From: an uncultured Acidobacteriota bacterium
GTDB lineage: Bacteria; Acidobacteriota; Thermoanaerobaculia; Gp7-AA8
Assembly (NCBI GenBank): GCA_963741955.1
Contig: CAVUKB010000005.1
Location: 32,001 to 96,000 of the forward strand
Direction of reading: 5' to 3'
DNA length: 64,000 nucleotides
In this document: positions 59,113-64,000 of the stretch, piece after piece
Position numbering within the stretch: the first letter of the stretch is position 1
Layout: every line of letters begins with the position of its first letter
Program-made: the position numbers and the translations under genes
Notes under the pieces: generated by a model
Database searches by the model: none
Told to the model about the DNA's origin: nothing
The model's input: the letters and a program-made list of their open reading frames with translations, nothing else

Positions 59113-59643
59113 ATGCTGATCCGCCCCTTCCGAGGTCGACATCCGAAGATCGGCGAGCGAGTCTTCGTCGCCGAGAACGCCACGATCATCGGGGACGTGG
59201 AGCTCGGAGACGATTGCTCGGTCTGGTACGGGACCGTGATCCGCGGCGATGTCCACCGCATCCGGATCGGCGCCCGGACGAACATCCAGGACAACTGCAC
59301 GCTCCACGTCACCGCAGGTACGCATCCGATCGCGTTCGAAGAGGAAGTGACGCTCGGACACGGAGTGATCGCTCACGGCTGCACGGTGAAACGCGGAGCG
59401 CTTCTCGGGATCGGATCGCGCGTCCTCGACGGAGCGGTGGTCGGCGAGAGCGCTCTGATCGGCGCAGGTTCCGTGGTCACCCCCGGGACGGTGATTCCGC
59501 CGCGGACACTGGTGCTCGGCGCTCCGGCCAAGGTGCGGCGTGAGCTGACGGACGAAGAGGTCGCCGACCTCCGCCACTACCATCTCAACTATCTCGAGTA
59601 CAAAGAAATCTATCGCGCGGAAAGCGACGCGAAATCGGAGTGA
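59113..59643 (+). CDS. Gamma-carbonic anhydrase family (YrdA-like) hexapeptide protein
   Basis: 'IGDV', 'RGD', 'NIQD..LH', 'GH..HGC'. Confidence 0.92.
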   Translation: MLIRPFRGRHPKIGERVFVAENATIIGDVELGDDCSVWYGTVIRGDVHRIRIGARTNIQDNCTLHVTAGTHPIAFEEEVTLGHGVIAHGCTVKRGALLGIGSRVLDGAVVGESALIGAGSVVTPGTVIPPRTLVLGAPAKVRRELTDEEVADLRHYHLNYLEYKEIYRAESDAKSE

Positions 59644-61430
59644 ACCGAACCATGGGAAGTCTTCTGGAAGGTCGAGTCGAAGCGGGAAAGCTCCGGATCG
59701 AAGATCGCGGGAAGCACGTGGTGCTGATGGGATGGGTGCAGAAGCGTCGCGATTTCGGTGATCTGATTTTCGTGGACGTCCGTGATCGCAGCGGCATCTG
59801 TCAGGCCGTCGTGGATGCGGAGCGAGCGGCCGATCCGAAGATCGTCGAGGTGGCGAAGGAGCTCCGTTCCGAGTTCGTGGTCCGGATCGAAGGCGAAGTC
59901 GGGCCGCGAGCGGAAGAGCAGCGCAATCCGCGGATGCCGACCGGCGACGTCGAAGTGGTGGCGACGAAGGTCGAGATCCTCACCCGCGCCGAGACTCCGC
60001 CCTTCCAGATCGAAGACGAGGTGAACGCGAACGAGGACCTTCGTCTCACGTACCGCTTTCTCGATCTGCGCCGCTCACCGCTGACGCGGAACCTCGTGCT
60101 CCGAGACGCGGTCACCCACAAGGTGCGCGACTTCATGCACCGGGAGGGTTTTCTCGAGATCGAGACGCCCATCCTCACGAAATCGACTCCGGAAGGGGCA
60201 CGCGACTACCTCGTTCCGAGTCGGGTCCAGAAGGGGAACTTCTACGCTCTGCCGCAGTCGCCGCAGCTCTTCAAGCAGCTGCTGATGGTCTCCGGTTTCG
60301 AACGCTACTACCAGATCGCGAAGTGCTTCCGCGACGAGGATCTCCGCAGCGATCGTCAGCCGGAGTTCACGCAGGTCGACGTCGAAGCGTCCTTCATCGA
60401 CGAGGAGTTCGTCTTCTCTCTGATCGAGCGCCTCTATTCGGAGGTCTTTCCGATCGGGGGGATCCCGGTGACCACGCCATTTCCGCGCCTGACGTACGCC
60501 GAAGCGCTGGATCGCTTCGGAATCGACCGTCCGGATACACGATTCGGGATGGAGCTGGTGGATCTTGCCGGCCCGGCCGGGGAAATCGATATTCAGATCT
60601 TCCGGAACGCGCTCGGAGCGGAAGGTCTGGTCCGGGGGATTCTCGTTCCCGGCGCCGCCTCCGCGTACTCCCGGAAGCGACTCGACGAGCTCACGGAAGC
60701 CGCGAAGCAGTTCGGCGCGGGCGGCGTGATCTGGGTGAAGTTCGATTCCGAGACGACCTCTTCGATCAGGAAGTTTCTCACCGATGCGAACGTGGAAGCG
60801 CTCCGGAATGCCTTCGGCGCATCGAATGGAGACCTGGCCCTCATCGTGGCCGGCAAGCGGAAGGTGGTCCTCGATGCGCTGGCGAACCTCCGGGTGCGCG
60901 TGGCCCGGGAGGAGAAACTGATCCCGGAAGAGAAGTGGAACTTCGTCTGGGTGACCGACTTCCCGCTCCTGGAGTGGGACGAGGAGGCGAACCGCTTCGT
61001 GGCTCTGCATCACCCGTTCACCTCTCCGGTACCATCCGATCTCGAAATGCTCTCGACCGATCCGGGACGGGTCCGGGCACGCGCTTATGACGTCGTACTG
61101 AACGGCCTGGAGCTGGGCGGCGGCAGCATCCGAATCAACGACGCGGCAGTTCAATCACGGATGTTCCGGGCACTCGGCATCGAGGAGGAAGAAGCAAAGA
61201 GCCGCTTCGGCTTCCTCCTCGAGGCATTCCGGTACGGGGCTCCACCGCATGGAGGAATCGCTCTCGGACTGGATCGGATGGTGATGCTGATGGCCCGGTC
61301 GTCGTCGATCCGCGATGTGATTGCGTTCCCGAAGACCACCAGCGGGCAGGACATGATGACCGACGCGCCATCGACGGTGTCGGAGGCGCAGTTGAACGAG
61401 CTCGGGCTCGAATTGAAGAAACGTTCCTGA
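59640..61430 (+). CDS. aspS: Aspartate--tRNA ligase
   Basis: 'STPEGARDYLVPSR', 'LPQSPQLFKQ', 'FRDEDLR', 'HHPFT', 'PPHGGIALGLDR'. Confidence 0.97.
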   Translation: MNRTMGSLLEGRVEAGKLRIEDRGKHVVLMGWVQKRRDFGDLIFVDVRDRSGICQAVVDAERAADPKIVEVAKELRSEFVVRIEGEVGPRAEEQRNPRMPTGDVEVVATKVEILTRAETPPFQIEDEVNANEDLRLTYRFLDLRRSPLTRNLVLRDAVTHKVRDFMHREGFLEIETPILTKSTPEGARDYLVPSRVQKGNFYALPQSPQLFKQLLMVSGFERYYQIAKCFRDEDLRSDRQPEFTQVDVEASFIDEEFVFSLIERLYSEVFPIGGIPVTTPFPRLTYAEALDRFGIDRPDTRFGMELVDLAGPAGEIDIQIFRNALGAEGLVRGILVPGAASAYSRKRLDELTEAAKQFGAGGVIWVKFDSETTSSIRKFLTDANVEALRNAFGASNGDLALIVAGKRKVVLDALANLRVRVAREEKLIPEEKWNFVWVTDFPLLEWDEEANRFVALHHPFTSPVPSDLEMLSTDPGRVRARAYDVVLNGLELGGGSIRINDAAVQSRMFRALGIEEEEAKSRFGFLLEAFRYGAPPHGGIALGLDRMVMLMARSSSIRDVIAFPKTTSGQDMMTDAPSTVSEAQLNELGLELKKRS

Positions 61431-61439
61431 GGCGAACAG

Positions 61440-62549
61440 GTGTCCACACCGTTCCGCATCATCCGTCAGGAGAGCGCCACCTACCCGGTGTTCGCAGGGA
61501 CTGGTCTCCTCGCAGAAGTCGCCTCGATCACGGCGGAAGTATCGAAGGCCTCGCTCCCGGTTCTGATCAGCTCCGGCGAGGTGTATTCCCGCTACGGTCG
61601 GGAGGTTCTCGAATCGTTCCGTCGGGAGGGATCGGTCGTTGAGACGATTCTGATCAGCGAGGGAGAGTCGAACAAGACAGTTGCAACGGCGGAAGAGATC
61701 GTCGCACGCCTGCTGGAGCTCGGAGCGAAGCGGGATACCGTCGCGCTGGTGCTCGGCGGTGGGATGATCGGCGACACCGCCGGTTTCGCCGCTTCGATCT
61801 ATCTGCGGGGAATCGACCTGATACAGATTCCCACCACGCTGCTCGCGCAGGTCGACAGCAGTATCGGAGGGAAGGTCGCGGTGAATCACCGGAAGGGGAA
61901 GAATCTGATCGGGAGCTTTCATCCTCCCCGCGCGGTGATCTCCGACGTCGGCACGTTGCGCACCCTTCCCCGGCGAGAACTTCTCTCCGGAGTCTTCGAA
62001 GCGCTGAAGGGAGGGGTGATTGGCGACGCACACCTCTTCGAACTGATGGAGAGCCGGCGCGACGCGGTTCTGGATGAAGTACCGGAGGTCCTGGGGGAAG
62101 TGATCCGCCGCGCGATCGACGTGAAGGGAGCCATCGTTTCGGCGGACGAAAAGGAAGCCGGATTGCGCCAGCTCCTCAATTACGGTCACACGCTCGCACA
62201 TGGCGTAGAGACCGCGCTCGACTATCGAGGGATCACGCATGGCGAAGCGGTGGCGTGGGGAATGCTCGGGGCGAACGCGATCGCGAGGAAACGGGGAATC
62301 CTTCCGGAGCCGGAGCGGCAACGGATCGACGAGGCGGTGAACGCGTATGGGCCGGCAGCGATCCCACCGGTCGACAGAGCCTCGATGCTCATCGCGATCT
62401 CGCACGACAAGAAGTTCCGGGGAGGGACGAAGGTGATGGTTCTTCCGTCGACCATCGGCGAGTGCCGCGTCTATGCCGACATCACGGAGGGGGAGATCGA
62501 GTATGGACTCGACGCCATGCTCGATGCTGCAGGAGCGGCTCGCGGATGA
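61440..62549 (+). CDS. aroB: 3-dehydroquinate synthase
   Basis: 'GGGMIGD', 'PTTLLAQVDSSIGGK', 'LNYGHT', 'HGEAV', 'DKK'. Confidence 0.95.
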   Translation: MSTPFRIIRQESATYPVFAGTGLLAEVASITAEVSKASLPVLISSGEVYSRYGREVLESFRREGSVVETILISEGESNKTVATAEEIVARLLELGAKRDTVALVLGGGMIGDTAGFAASIYLRGIDLIQIPTTLLAQVDSSIGGKVAVNHRKGKNLIGSFHPPRAVISDVGTLRTLPRRELLSGVFEALKGGVIGDAHLFELMESRRDAVLDEVPEVLGEVIRRAIDVKGAIVSADEKEAGLRQLLNYGHTLAHGVETALDYRGITHGEAVAWGMLGANAIARKRGILPEPERQRIDEAVNAYGPAAIPPVDRASMLIAISHDKKFRGGTKVMVLPSTIGECRVYADITEGEIEYGLDAMLDAAGAARG

Positions 62550-63142
62550 AGCTCACCCCGGCGATGCTGGAGATCACGCAGGATGGCGAACTGCACCAGT
62601 TCTGCGAGAGCTGCGGAGCGGAAGCGCTGGATGAGACCCGCGCCGGCGGGAAGACGAGTTACCGATGCCGCGCCTGCGGTGCGGTTCTTCCTCGCGCGAT
62701 CATCATCGATCCCGGCGTGGTGTGGTGGAGTGGCGAGGATTGGACGTACTGGCACGAGAGCGCGGGAGTGCTCATCCGCGATGACGACCACCGCATTCTC
62801 TTCTTCGAACGGACCAAGTACCCACCCGGGATCACCGTCCCCGCGGGACACGTCGACCGCGGAGAGCACCATCGGGAGACCGCGTTGCGGGAAGCGAGAG
62901 AGGAAGTCTCGGTGGTCCTCGAGAGCGTACATCTCATTGCCGAAGCCGACATCGCGAACGACTCGTGCCGGAGAGGATCCGATCACCATCGGTGGCACCT
63001 GTACGAGGGATCGATGCCGGCGAACGGGAACGTCGTGGTGACGGACGAAGGTCACCGACCGGTCTGGCTCGCGCGCGAAGAGGCGCTGGAGCGGCCGCTC
63101 ATCGTTCCGGTGCGGTGGTTTCTCGAACGGATGGACGAGTGA
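62546..63142 (+). CDS. NUDIX hydrolase with N-terminal zinc ribbon
   Basis: CESC...CRAC; Nudix box 'GHVDRGEHHRETALREAREEV'; ATGA overlap with aroB. Confidence 0.85.
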   Translation: MKLTPAMLEITQDGELHQFCESCGAEALDETRAGGKTSYRCRACGAVLPRAIIIDPGVVWWSGEDWTYWHESAGVLIRDDDHRILFFERTKYPPGITVPAGHVDRGEHHRETALREAREEVSVVLESVHLIAEADIANDSCRRGSDHHRWHLYEGSMPANGNVVVTDEGHRPVWLAREEALERPLIVPVRWFLERMDE

Positions 63143-64000
63143 CGAACGGCGGCTCTGCCGGAGAGGGTGACATGCCGGGAGCGAGTCCGACATCCGATGT
63201 CGCGGTCGTCCATTCGAAGATCTTCGTCGCCCAGAGACGCATCCCGTAACTCCGCTTCGCTTCTCGCGGCATCTCTTCCGAAAGCCACTCCGGAATGGGA
63301 ACCGCGAACCCTCTCTTCGGACGATCGTGCAGTTCCGCGGGGAGCGGACGCCGCGGACTGTTCGCGATCAGTTCCTTCGCGCTCGAAGTCGCGTGCACCA
63401 CTGCCGGCGCGACCTTTCGAAGCAGAAACGGATCGATCAGAGGAACCCGCACTTCGAGCGAATGGTCCATGCTCGCCCAATCGACGTCCGGCAGCAGCCG
63501 GTCGCGAAGGAACATCCCGGTCTCCAGCGCTGCGACCCGCGAGAACGGCGTGACCGGATCGGGATCGATCACCTGCCGGATTCGTTCGATCAGATCGAGT
63601 CGCTCCAAACCCTCCTCGGCCATCTCGCGACCGAGAATGCCGGCGAGCTCCCACGGCATGAAGAGTCCGCGCCGGAGGTAGTACGCACCCGGGTAGGTTC
63701 CGCCGTACTCGAGGAGGCTCGCGGTTCGACGACTCAGGTTGCGGTGTTTCGGAACCAGCCCGTCGTACAGATGTCGGAAGAGGATCGGGAGGTAGGGAAC
63801 GCGCGAGAGGAGTCTGGTGCGCGCGACAGTGCGGGGCACTTTCTGAAGCGACGCGTACCCTCCGAAGAGCTCGTCGCCTCCGGTTCCGGAGAGAACGACC
63901 TTGAGACGCTCTTCGGCGGCAGCTTTGCTCACGATCCAGGTGTTGAGCGCGTCGACGGTCGGCTGATCCATCGCGCGGAGAATCCGCGGCAGGTCCGACT
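63099..64000 (-). CDS. asnB: Asparagine synthase (glutamine-hydrolysing) family, C-terminal part (5' outside window)
   Basis: 'VVLSGTGGDELFGGY', 'SMDHSLEVRVPL', 'PKRGFAVP'. Confidence 0.88.
   Translation of the reverse strand, partial: SDLPRILRAMDQPTVDALNTWIVSKAAAEERLKVVLSGTGGDELFGGYASLQKVPRTVARTRLLSRVPYLPILFRHLYDGLVPKHRNLSRRTASLLEYGGTYPGAYYLRRGLFMPWELAGILGREMAEEGLERLDLIERIRQVIDPDPVTPFSRVAALETGMFLRDRLLPDVDWASMDHSLEVRVPLIDPFLLRKVAPAVVHATSSAKELIANSPRRPLPAELHDRPKRGFAVPIPEWLSEEMPREAKRSYGMRLWATKIFEWTTATSDVGLAPGMSPSPAEPPFVTRPSVRETTAPER

Overview
GC-rich bacterial chromosome segment. Gene content and style suggest Acidobacteriota/Thermoanaerobaculia, but that is an inference. It carries housekeeping genes (tlyC/corC-like, era, spmAB, lysA, a double-length thyX, rlmI-like, glk, ychF, aspS, aroB, partial asnB, tRNA-Val), two divergent GspE/PilB-type ATPases, a glycosyltransferase/radical-SAM cluster, two ECF sigma factor loci and many secreted hypothetical proteins. 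The most striking features are non-coding. (i) About 5.8 kb of large tandem arrays built from palindromic REP-like units (three unrelated core families, five arrays) with no cognate transposase or cas gene in view. (ii) A CTAG-delimited stack MITE-A / MITE-B / IS1182, in which MITE-A shares the IS1182 ends and two MITE-A copies bracket a lone CgeB-type glycosyltransferase. (iii) A REP-like element apparently inserted in frame inside a GT4 gene. (iv) Twin divergent ECF-type promoters that define a small sigma regulon. (v) A Ser/Thr kinase-beta-propeller gene broken into two remnants 5.4 kb apart. All functional calls come from motif recognition by eye; no database search was run.
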